This document shows, in pieces, positions 1 through 8,147 of a DNA stretch of 28,943 nucleotides. The position numbers and the translations under genes are program-made. The number at the start of each line of letters is the position of its first letter. Positions within the stretch are counted from its first letter, which is position 1. The notes beneath the pieces were generated by a model. The model searched no databases. It had not been told where the DNA came from and was given only the letters and a program-made list of their open reading frames with translations. The stretch is from a virus (Duplodnaviria; Caudoviricetes): IMG/VR virus record IMGVR_UViG_3300024329_000043, positions 1 through 28,943 of that record; one strand, written 5' to 3'.

Positions 1-1286
1 TTTGGTGCTATACCTATACTTGCAGTAGTCCCATCATCTCTTATCACTCCTTTACCTAAAGTAGTATCATTTGGAGTCCATCTTGCTACATAATTATTTG
101 TTCCTGATCCTGAAGATCCCTCATTTTGCCAACTTAAATTTCCCGCTCCATCAGTTTTTAAAATCTGATTTAGTGTTCCATCAGCACTCGGGAAAGTATA
201 ATTTCTAAAACCTACAGAACCATCTTGGTCTATTTTAAGACTTGGAACCTCTAAAATTGAATTATTAGGAGTTACAAAAATCTCAAATTTTGTTCCTCCA
301 TTTGTAACTGTATGATTTTGAGTAGCAATAAATAAAGCTTTTCCAAGTTCTCCTGCTTTGGATTTTGCTGAAATTAAACCTAAAATATCATTATTAGATA
401 AATATCCTTTTGAAAATTCTGTTCCTGAAGTATTTTCAAACTCAATAAAAGGTTTTAATCCTGATCCAAAAGTTTTAATACTGTTACCAATATCAACTGT
501 CTCACTTAAAGTTTTTAATCCTGTATCGGCATCAATAGATAAAATTTTTCTTGCGTTTGAAGTTGCTTTTTTTATTCCCCAAAACTCAAATCCCGCTCCA
601 TAATTTGTATCGTCAATATGGTTTTCAGTAGCGAAACCTCTTAAAAATATACCTGTATAAGTTGACACTCCTGTTTTAAATGATAATAAACCTAAATTAT
701 CATTTTCTAATAAATTTGTTGGCGAAAAGTAGGTTCCTCTCCATCTTGTTAGTTCTATAAGTGGGTTTTGAGTATCTGATGCCGTGGCTAAACCTGTGAA
801 CGTTTGTTCATTACCTACAATATTATAACCGTTTTTTTGAAAAAACGCTCTATTTTCAGAGTCCTGTTCAATAACAAGACGTCCACTCCTGGAAATATCA
901 CTTGTTTTGTTATCTCCTGCATCTGTAGAAGTTCCTAATAAATTAAACGGAGTGCCACCTAAATCATTAATCTGATTTTGTAATGAGACAAGTGTAGTGT
1001 TTATAGTAGTAAGTGACGTATTTATAGTAGCTATTTGTGTACAGAAATATGTAACTATGTTCACTATACTAGTTCCTAATCTGTCATTTTTTATTACAAC
1101 TTGATCTGTACCACACCATATACTATCTCCTGAATATATGATACATTCTGCATCAAAAAATTCAGAACAAGGTTCAGGATTTGAACAAGGATCTACAGGT
1201 AGACAAGCTGGAGCTGTTGTATATGGAGATTCACAACCACATCCTATTGGTTGTTCTCCGCATTTTGTACATGTTGAAAGTGCCAT
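1..1286 (-). CDS. Putative tail fibre protein, runs off the left window edge (>=428 aa; missing from the ORF track)
   Basis: Manual translation from ATG 1286 is open to position 3: MALSTCTKCGEQPIGCGCESPYTTAPACLPVDPCSNPEPCSEFFDAECIIYSGDSIWCG..., then a coiled-coil stretch (IATINTSLTTINTTLVSLQNQINDL), two similar beta-rich units and the fibre-type motif YTFPSADGTLNQILKTDGAGNLSW. Confidence 0.75.
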   Translation of the reverse strand, partial: MALSTCTKCGEQPIGCGCESPYTTAPACLPVDPCSNPEPCSEFFDAECIIYSGDSIWCGTDQVVIKNDRLGTSIVNIVTYFCTQIATINTSLTTINTTLVSLQNQINDLGGTPFNLLGTSTDAGDNKTSDISRSGRLVIEQDSENRAFFQKNGYNIVGNEQTFTGLATASDTQNPLIELTRWRGTYFSPTNLLENDNLGLLSFKTGVSTYTGIFLRGFATENHIDDTNYGAGFEFWGIKKATSNARKILSIDADTGLKTLSETVDIGNSIKTFGSGLKPFIEFENTSGTEFSKGYLSNNDILGLISAKSKAGELGKALFIATQNHTVTNGGTKFEIFVTPNNSILEVPSLKIDQDGSVGFRNYTFPSADGTLNQILKTDGAGNLSWQNEGSSGSGTNNYVARWTPNDTTLGKGVIRDDGTTASIGIAP

Positions 1287-1295
1287 ATTATTTTA

Positions 1296-2786
1296 TTATT
1301 TTATTCTTTGTATTGACATTGTTGCTACATCATTTGCTTCTGAGATATAATCAAATCCTGTCAAGTTTAATACTTTTAACTTTATAACTATACCTGCAGT
1401 AAGTGTAACACCTTCAATATTACCTGCAATGTTTGCAACAGGTGATATACTTGCTGATGGTGTAAAACTATTAGCTGCATATATAACATTACTTGTAGAT
1501 ACAAGACCTGCTGTAATAATCCCTGCAGATCCACCAGTATGCCATCCTGCAGCATCAGTAGTGTGAGACAATGATACATTAAAACTTAAGTTATATCTAC
1601 CATTAGCAGGACATGTCCATTCACCTGTAGTAGGATTATAACCAGTACCACCATCATTATAATCTGTAGTACCTAAGATAAGTGTAGCACTTGATCCACT
1701 ATTTAAAAGAGTTGTTAATGAAGGAGTAACTTTTGCAACACTTGTTATTGCCACACCTGTAGATCTTACAAAAAGACCATTAAAAGGAATAACCTCAGCT
1801 GTAAATTCATAATCAGGTGCACCAGTAGTTTCTGTAAAAGCAATTGTAGCACCATCAGTCATAGTAACTGTTGGTAAAGCAACGTCAGCCTTCAAACTAT
1901 ATGCTGGAAAACCGGTTAGAGTAAATTGAACATTCCCTGAGTTATCTACTGTAAGTGTAGGAACACCACCTCTAATATCTTTTATTGCAGTCCATATATT
2001 TTTTAATGTGTCAGCAACTTTTGTAGGTCCTGTAATCCAATCAGCAGCATATTGCACACTCATTACAGCACCAGGATTTGTTATAGAATTATCACTATTA
2101 GCTACAGAAGTGGTACCATAAATGATTGAATCACTTAAATCTGTAATACTACCTGTAACGCCTACATAAGAAAACCATACATCATTAATGTAAACATTTA
2201 AAACAGTGTCAATGTTATATAATGTAGCAGGGCTGAGTGAAGCTAATGCCTCATCTAATGTTATTTGTGGTGTAGTGTATGAAGGAGGTGTAGCATTTTC
2301 TAAATCTGTTACACGAATACCTAATGCTTCTATTGCATTAGTATTAACACTTATGTCTGTGATTAAATCACAAATTTTTGTACCAATTGTTGTTACATAA
2401 TCTTGAAGATTCATAGTTGTTTGTGTACCAACTATAAAGCAAGAAGCAACTGTAACTATTGTATCTGTAGGTGAACCACCAGCTCCAGGTATAACAATTG
2501 TATTACCACTAGCTGTTTCTAACTCACAAACCTTAAGTATAATCAAATCTATAAGATCTTGAAAAGTTTGTGGTGTAACATTGGTTAAGTTAAAACAACT
2601 TAAGTTATATGAAGATATTTTTAAAGTATCCATAACTGTACATAACTCAGTTGCTAGTTTATAAACAACTGATGATATTGTATCACCTTTACATAAATTT
2701 ATACACGCTATGTCTGGACCTTGCCAAATGACACAGTTTGAAGATGTAGGTGAACAAGGAGAACTATCTAAATTTAACGGTTTCAT
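1296..2786 (-). CDS. Putative fibre/spike protein with Cys-rich N-terminus and C-terminal C1q/TNF-like domain
   Basis: 496 aa; C-terminal YNPTTGEWTCPANGRYNLSFNV matches the C1q globular-domain signature; coiled-coil segments; Thr-rich. Confidence 0.65.
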   Translation of the reverse strand: MKPLNLDSSPCSPTSSNCVIWQGPDIACINLCKGDTISSVVYKLATELCTVMDTLKISSYNLSCFNLTNVTPQTFQDLIDLIILKVCELETASGNTIVIPGAGGSPTDTIVTVASCFIVGTQTTMNLQDYVTTIGTKICDLITDISVNTNAIEALGIRVTDLENATPPSYTTPQITLDEALASLSPATLYNIDTVLNVYINDVWFSYVGVTGSITDLSDSIIYGTTSVANSDNSITNPGAVMSVQYAADWITGPTKVADTLKNIWTAIKDIRGGVPTLTVDNSGNVQFTLTGFPAYSLKADVALPTVTMTDGATIAFTETTGAPDYEFTAEVIPFNGLFVRSTGVAITSVAKVTPSLTTLLNSGSSATLILGTTDYNDGGTGYNPTTGEWTCPANGRYNLSFNVSLSHTTDAAGWHTGGSAGIITAGLVSTSNVIYAANSFTPSASISPVANIAGNIEGVTLTAGIVIKLKVLNLTGFDYISEANDVATMSIQRIK

Positions 2787-2852
2787 TTTATAAAAATTTT
2801 AATGTAGGTAACAACCTATTAATAATATAATGAATTTTTTTTATTATAAGAC

Positions 2853-4604
2853 TTATATTTTACAAGCATTTGGATCAGTAATTGCTTTCATCTCTAATAG
2901 TTGTTGTTTAATATGTATTTTATAGAATTCATCTTCAGGACAACAAGGGCTAACACCATATCTTTTTTGCATGACTTCATTATACATTAAATCTGCAAAC
3001 TTACATGTAACTCTTTCATAATACTCAATTGTACATCCAGGAGTATTATATCCAGGTTTAATTTTTCTAAAAGGAATTGCAGGAGGAGGACATATGTTAT
3101 CTACACATTCTCCAAAGTTTTGAATGCATGTCACATCAGTCCAACCATCAGGAAATATCCATTCTTTAGCACAAATTTTTGGTGTACTTTGACCAGCTTG
3201 TAAGGTAATACCTTGTAATACATCATCGCAATCCACATATTGAAATTCTTTTGCTGCTAAACTAGTATTTTTAACAATAGTACAATCACATGTTACCACT
3301 GGTAAACACTCTTCACATGTAGTGAATGTATCAGTAAGTATTACAAGATCATCAGAAGTATTATCATCAGTTACAGAAACAGTCCAACACTTTTCAGGAT
3401 AAAAACTTATTTTAATTACTGAACCTATTTGTGCCTCAAGATTAGTTGTTGTTACAATTAAATCTTCAGAATCTTCACAATTAGTTAATTGGTATCTTGG
3501 TTTAGGACATTCTACACAATTATCATAGTCATTTGTTACATTAACTTGTACAGTTGATGGAACACGCTCTTCAAATATTTCTACAAAGAAACAATTACCA
3601 TAACCTTCAAGATTTACAGTTCTACCTTCATATTGAGATAAATCAGTACTTGTATAAATTACTGTATTATCATCAGTTGCACAAGATTCAAGTCTATAAT
3701 TTAAAGGTGTTAAACAATCTATACATTCAGCAAATTCTTCAGACACAGTTATTGTTACAGGAAATTCACAACTTAAACTTTCTTCAACAGTCCAACATAT
3801 ATCTGATGGTTGATTATCAACAACTATTTTGATTGCTCCTACACCTACATATGCTGAAAGATCTTGATCTGTACAATATTCTTCAGTTATGTTTGTATCA
3901 CAAGCAACTACTTTATAATAAGTTTGACAAATTCCACAATCATTATCAAATTCTTCACATGTCCATTCTTCTACATTACTAATATCTAATGAATCAGCAG
4001 TATTGCTAGCATCTTTAGATTTAGAAATTAAACGTAAGAAATCATTTGTATATACTGGAACACTATTACTATCAATTAAAACTACTAATCCTGTATACTT
4101 ATAAAATTTCTTAGGATCTGAGTATATTGTAAAATCAGCATTACTTATATTAAGATTTATCAATGTGCCATCACATCTTCTTTCAAATGTTGCTTGTGCT
4201 GAACAACATTTTTTACAAGCACCTTCAAGTGCTGTAACTATTTCAAATGAGACATTTGAAATTGGTGTAGGATCATCACCAGATGGTGTAGGGATTTGCC
4301 TGATTTCTCCACAATCAAATTGACGTAATACATTACCATTAGGATCTACATAATCTGTAGTAGCAATATATCTATAAACAGTGCCTTGATAAGGTTCAGA
4401 TAAAGGTGTAGGAACTAAAATCTCAACAATATAAGAACCACCTGTTTTACAACAAACAGCTAGTTCATATAAGTATTGGCCATTATAAGATCCGTCATAA
4501 TAATGCTTATCAAAAAAACCTGTTTCATCAACATTATCATTGAGTAAGTCTACTTCTACACCTTTAAGCCTAGACTTAAATATACTATGATTACCACCTA
4601 TCAT
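2853..4604 (-). CDS. Cys-rich repeat protein, probably virion structural
   Basis: 583 aa, 36 Cys by manual count; tandem ~68-aa repeats Yx[LV]xxC...C[WF]xV...CxxC. Confidence 0.6.
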   Translation of the reverse strand: MIGGNHSIFKSRLKGVEVDLLNDNVDETGFFDKHYYDGSYNGQYLYELAVCCKTGGSYIVEILVPTPLSEPYQGTVYRYIATTDYVDPNGNVLRQFDCGEIRQIPTPSGDDPTPISNVSFEIVTALEGACKKCCSAQATFERRCDGTLINLNISNADFTIYSDPKKFYKYTGLVVLIDSNSVPVYTNDFLRLISKSKDASNTADSLDISNVEEWTCEEFDNDCGICQTYYKVVACDTNITEEYCTDQDLSAYVGVGAIKIVVDNQPSDICWTVEESLSCEFPVTITVSEEFAECIDCLTPLNYRLESCATDDNTVIYTSTDLSQYEGRTVNLEGYGNCFFVEIFEERVPSTVQVNVTNDYDNCVECPKPRYQLTNCEDSEDLIVTTTNLEAQIGSVIKISFYPEKCWTVSVTDDNTSDDLVILTDTFTTCEECLPVVTCDCTIVKNTSLAAKEFQYVDCDDVLQGITLQAGQSTPKICAKEWIFPDGWTDVTCIQNFGECVDNICPPPAIPFRKIKPGYNTPGCTIEYYERVTCKFADLMYNEVMQKRYGVSPCCPEDEFYKIHIKQQLLEMKAITDPNACKI

Positions 4605-4610
4605 CTTATT

Positions 4611-4736
4611 TTATTTTTTTTGTTTTAATGATAGCTCATAAGAAGCTAAACATTTACTACATACTTGTTTTCCATCTGAAGCTATCCTTTTTTGACAACC
4701 ACAAGTGATTTTATTTTTACAATTTCCGCAGTTCAT
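4611..4736 (-). CDS. 41-aa Cys-rich microprotein (possible metal binding), below the ORF-track cutoff
   Basis: MNCGNCKNKITCGCQKRIASDGKQVCSKCLASYELSLKQKK*; fills the gap between neighbours; preceded by AAAAAAACCAATATT leader. Confidence 0.75.
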   Translation of the reverse strand: MNCGNCKNKITCGCQKRIASDGKQVCSKCLASYELSLKQKK

Positions 4737-4755
4737 AATATTGGTTTTTTTAAAG

Positions 4756-5298
4756 TTAACAATTATGGCATTGTAATTTATCCATAATTTTTATTGCATA
4801 ATTATATAATGTCATCCCTCTTTGAGGTTCATGACAAGTTTCTACTTTTGCTTTTGCAGCGTCTAGATACATCTTTGCTGACATGAGTTTATCTAACTTG
4901 TCTTTAACAAATGTAGAAGGTTCACATGCTTGTAAATCTAAATCACATAGTATATCATTATATTGATTTAATGCTTTACTTATACGCAAATGATTATATT
5001 CAACATAAACCTGATCATTAGGTGAAACACTATATTTAATAACATATACACCATCAGGAATTGAACTAAATACTGTTCCACAATCAGTAGTTTGTAAATC
5101 TAAATCACAAGCTGTAAGTATAGTATTTGATCCAGGAGTAATTGTTTTTTCCACTGAATAAATAAAACCTGGAACTGTAACATTCAATGTTGGGCATGTA
5201 ACAGGTATCATCTCTGAATAAATACTTGTATCTAAAATTGATAATATACAATCATTGAAAACAGTAGGTATCTCTAAACTTAATGTATGTTTTGCCAT
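4756..5298 (-). CDS. Hypothetical Cys-rich structural protein (beta-rich N-terminus, helical C-terminus)
   Basis: 180 aa, 9 Cys, IPDGVYVIKYSV motif, ends CHNC; lies in the structural block. Confidence 0.5.
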   Translation of the reverse strand: MAKHTLSLEIPTVFNDCILSILDTSIYSEMIPVTCPTLNVTVPGFIYSVEKTITPGSNTILTACDLDLQTTDCGTVFSSIPDGVYVIKYSVSPNDQVYVEYNHLRISKALNQYNDILCDLDLQACEPSTFVKDKLDKLMSAKMYLDAAKAKVETCHEPQRGMTLYNYAIKIMDKLQCHNC

Positions 5299-5309
5299 AT
5301 TTTTTAAAT

Positions 5310-5344
5310 AAAAAAAAGGGAGGGAAATTTCTTACCCTCCCTTT
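5310..5344 (-). terminator. Rho-independent terminator after the 499-aa gene
   Basis: Minus strand AAAGGGAGGG-TAAGAAATTT-CCCTCCCTTT followed by a T run. Confidence 0.85.
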
Positions 5345-5366
5345 AGTTATGAATGATTAATTTTTA

Positions 5367-6866
5367 TTATGGTAAAGGTACAATTGGAGTACATGTAGTT
5401 ACTGCAGAATTGATTTCTAAACCTTCACATCCTGTACCACAGTTATCTAACCAAGTTGTAACAAATGTTTCAAATGTTGCGTCTACACCACTTGTAATGA
5501 TTTCTAATAAATATTGATCATTATCAAAAACACCTGATGGGTTATTGAAACGTGGAACATTATGTTGAATATAATATCTTGTGTAAGAAGATCTTCTACT
5601 TATTGCAGATAACATGTCATCACCTTGAGTAATCTCACGGATACGTAAATCTGTTGATAAAAAGTTTTGAGCATAAGACTCAGATAAAACAACATCTCTC
5701 AATACTGACTCACCTAATCCCATTGCTTGTAAACCTTCACATTCAGTTGCTACACATAAACCTTCAAATTCACATGGGTCCCCGTTTGTATCAACTAAAG
5801 ATGCATATAACTTAACTGGCTCTTTTTCATAGAAGTCAGAAGGTTGGAATGTACAATCACCAAACTTAGTATCTACATAAGCACCTGTAATAGTTAAACC
5901 AGCATAAGCACCTACAGTATGTCCTGGAGATACATAATCATCCCAAGTTCCACCAATAGTGTATCCTGTTGGAGCAACTAAACCTGAAGTATCAGTTCCT
6001 GGAGCATATAATAATTCATTAGCTTCAGTAGTTACTGTTAAAGCAACAAATGGAGAAACTAGTGCATTATCCATAATTCTTTTAGCAAATTCTATCATTA
6101 CTAATGTAGAATCAACTACAGTAGGAGAAGTAGCACCTGTTGGGCAACATCCTGTGTAAGCATCAGCAGTAACATAAGAATTACGATTTAAGAACCTTAA
6201 TACTGGAGAACCTTTTACATCTAAACGTAAATTATAAGTCTCATCACATAAGAAATCTTTTCTACAACCTGCTTCTAAAGCAAGTGAAAAATCAGCATCA
6301 GTTGTTGCTGTACCATCAGTAATAGTAACAACATCACCATTAACATAACCTGTACCAGGATTATCAATAGAAACAGCTGTAACAACACCACCTGCAATTG
6401 TAACGTCAACAGTTAAACCTGTACCAGCACCAGCAGTTGTTGTAGCAACACCTGTAAAAGTACCATCTGTAAAAGCAACACCTGCGTTATCAATAGTTAA
6501 AAGAGGAGTGTTAGTAAATGGTGTATCACCAACGTGAATAACGTTTGGTTGTGCAGCATTTGGATCAACTCTGTAAAACTTACTTACATACTTAGGATTG
6601 ATGATTTTAGATTTACTTGATTCCAAGTAACCACCATGCGTTCCTACTTTGTCTTTAGTATACAAACTACCTGCAGCTAAAACTAGCGGGCAACATCCTG
6701 TTGGAGGTGTAGCAGTATCTTGGATTGTCCAAGTTTTTGGATCTACAAATGCAAACTCACCTGTAGCTAAAATGTTTGAAGTAGTACCTAGTTTACCACC
6801 AGCTAAGTCAGTAAAACCACCTGTACCTACAAACGCTTTTTGAAAAGCACTATTAAAATAACTCAT
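5367..6866 (-). CDS. Putative abundant virion protein (auxiliary capsid protein-like by synteny)
   Basis: 499 aa, Gly/Thr-rich, has its own terminator as the MCP does; position downstream of MCP and ring gene resembles crAss-like auxiliary capsid genes (inference). Confidence 0.5.
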   Translation of the reverse strand: MSYFNSAFQKAFVGTGGFTDLAGGKLGTTSNILATGEFAFVDPKTWTIQDTATPPTGCCPLVLAAGSLYTKDKVGTHGGYLESSKSKIINPKYVSKFYRVDPNAAQPNVIHVGDTPFTNTPLLTIDNAGVAFTDGTFTGVATTTAGAGTGLTVDVTIAGGVVTAVSIDNPGTGYVNGDVVTITDGTATTDADFSLALEAGCRKDFLCDETYNLRLDVKGSPVLRFLNRNSYVTADAYTGCCPTGATSPTVVDSTLVMIEFAKRIMDNALVSPFVALTVTTEANELLYAPGTDTSGLVAPTGYTIGGTWDDYVSPGHTVGAYAGLTITGAYVDTKFGDCTFQPSDFYEKEPVKLYASLVDTNGDPCEFEGLCVATECEGLQAMGLGESVLRDVVLSESYAQNFLSTDLRIREITQGDDMLSAISRRSSYTRYYIQHNVPRFNNPSGVFDNDQYLLEIITSGVDATFETFVTTWLDNCGTGCEGLEINSAVTTCTPIVPLP

Positions 6867-6928
6867 TTAAAAAAAATTTAATTTATAAATATATACATAT
6901 AATATAATAAAAATTATATTAACAACAA

Positions 6929-7384
6929 TTATTTAAGAAATATTAATTTATACTTGGCTGTATTTATTGAATCTTTGATTGTGTCTAAGGTGTTTACTAT
7001 TTCTGTATAAGGCATAACACTTTGCAGTTTACTAATTTTAGAAGAAAGTTCTCTTAGATAAGAAATAGCTTCCTCAACTGTTTTTACAGTTCTCGGTGCA
7101 GCATCCGTGCATTCAAGTAATTTTTCAGAAGCTCCTTGGAAACCTTCTGCTATTGTATCAGCATGACCAGGTAAAGCATCATAAAGATCATTTAAAGCTG
7201 TATGTGCAGCATAACTACCCAAACCTGTAATCTTTAAATGAAGCATGTGAAAAGATGTAGCAGCATTCATTAATTCAGTAACACAATCAGCTGTCATGTA
7301 TTCAACTGAACTATTAGTGTTAGAGTAGTATGTTGATTCAGTTTTTTTATCAACACTACGTTTTAACATTCTAGGTTTATCCAT
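6929..7384 (-). CDS. Dps/ferritin-like four-helix-bundle protein
   Basis: FHMLHLKITGLGSYAAHTALNDLYDALPGHADTIAEG follows the Dps pattern HxxHW...LH...Y...DxxAE. Confidence 0.7.
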   Translation of the reverse strand: MDKPRMLKRSVDKKTESTYYSNTNSSVEYMTADCVTELMNAATSFHMLHLKITGLGSYAAHTALNDLYDALPGHADTIAEGFQGASEKLLECTDAAPRTVKTVEEAISYLRELSSKISKLQSVMPYTEIVNTLDTIKDSINTAKYKLIFLK

Positions 7385-7390
7385 TATATT

Positions 7391-7411
7391 ATTAATTATT
7401 AATTATTAATT
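7391..7411. repeat. Tandem repeat (ATTAATT)x3
   Basis: Directly visible across the stop codon of the 233-aa gene and the spacer. Confidence 0.7.
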
Positions 7412-8107
7412 ATTTCTTTCACTTGTTTGAGTACCTCTAGAAAATTGATTGTTAGATTCAATATCACCAGCAAGAATACTTACCGCCTCATCTATTATTA
7501 ATTCAATTATATCATCTTTAAACTCAGATTCAACATCAATAGTTGTTACTAAATTAGTATAAGGATCTACACAATTTAAGATTTCAATTCTTCTTGGTTG
7601 TCTGTAATATGTTAATTCAACTTTACTTATTTCAAAGGTATTGTTAGAGTAAACATTTAGTCTATTATTTTCAATAGTTACAAATGTTTCAGCCCACTCA
7701 AAACTAGGTTTTTTAGATACATCTGCTAATAGATCATTAATGTTAGCCTCTTCAACTAAATAAGTCTTCATTCTTCTTGGCTCATCACAACAATCTTTAA
7801 TAGCATATACATCTAACCTTTTCCACTGTAAATAGTTATCCGGTATAGCATCAAAATAATAAACGTCCTCCAACTTAGGATCAAGTTTCAAAGGCGTTAA
7901 TAAGACTTGCAGGTCATCAATTCTTCTGGTGGATTGCTCATCACCTTCTTTAACAATGTTTATACCGTGAAGTTGTCTTCTTGTCCATTCTACTTGAGCC
8001 TTATTGAAAGCTTCTACAATCTGCCAACATTCTAAGTTGTCATAATCATTGCTATCTAACTTATTAAGTCTTTGCTTTACTTTTATAGATATTGTGCTAT
8101 TTAACAT
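7406..8107 (-). CDS. Putative tail ring / head-tail adaptor protein (crAss-like conserved)
   Basis: 233 aa; N-terminal LNKLDSN...EAFNKAQ, LTYYRQP and C-terminal IIELIIDEAV helices resemble crAss-like tail tubular proteins; second gene after MCP. Confidence 0.6.
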   Translation of the reverse strand: MLNSTISIKVKQRLNKLDSNDYDNLECWQIVEAFNKAQVEWTRRQLHGINIVKEGDEQSTRRIDDLQVLLTPLKLDPKLEDVYYFDAIPDNYLQWKRLDVYAIKDCCDEPRRMKTYLVEEANINDLLADVSKKPSFEWAETFVTIENNRLNVYSNNTFEISKVELTYYRQPRRIEILNCVDPYTNLVTTIDVESEFKDDIIELIIDEAVSILAGDIESNNQFSRGTQTSERNN

Positions 8108-8147
8108 GTTTTCTTTTTAAATTAATATAAGAAGAAAATGGAACATT

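Noticed and set aside
2804-2818. Small hairpin TAGGT-TGTT-ACCTA as a terminator
   Set aside because: Weak 5-bp stem without an adjacent U tract
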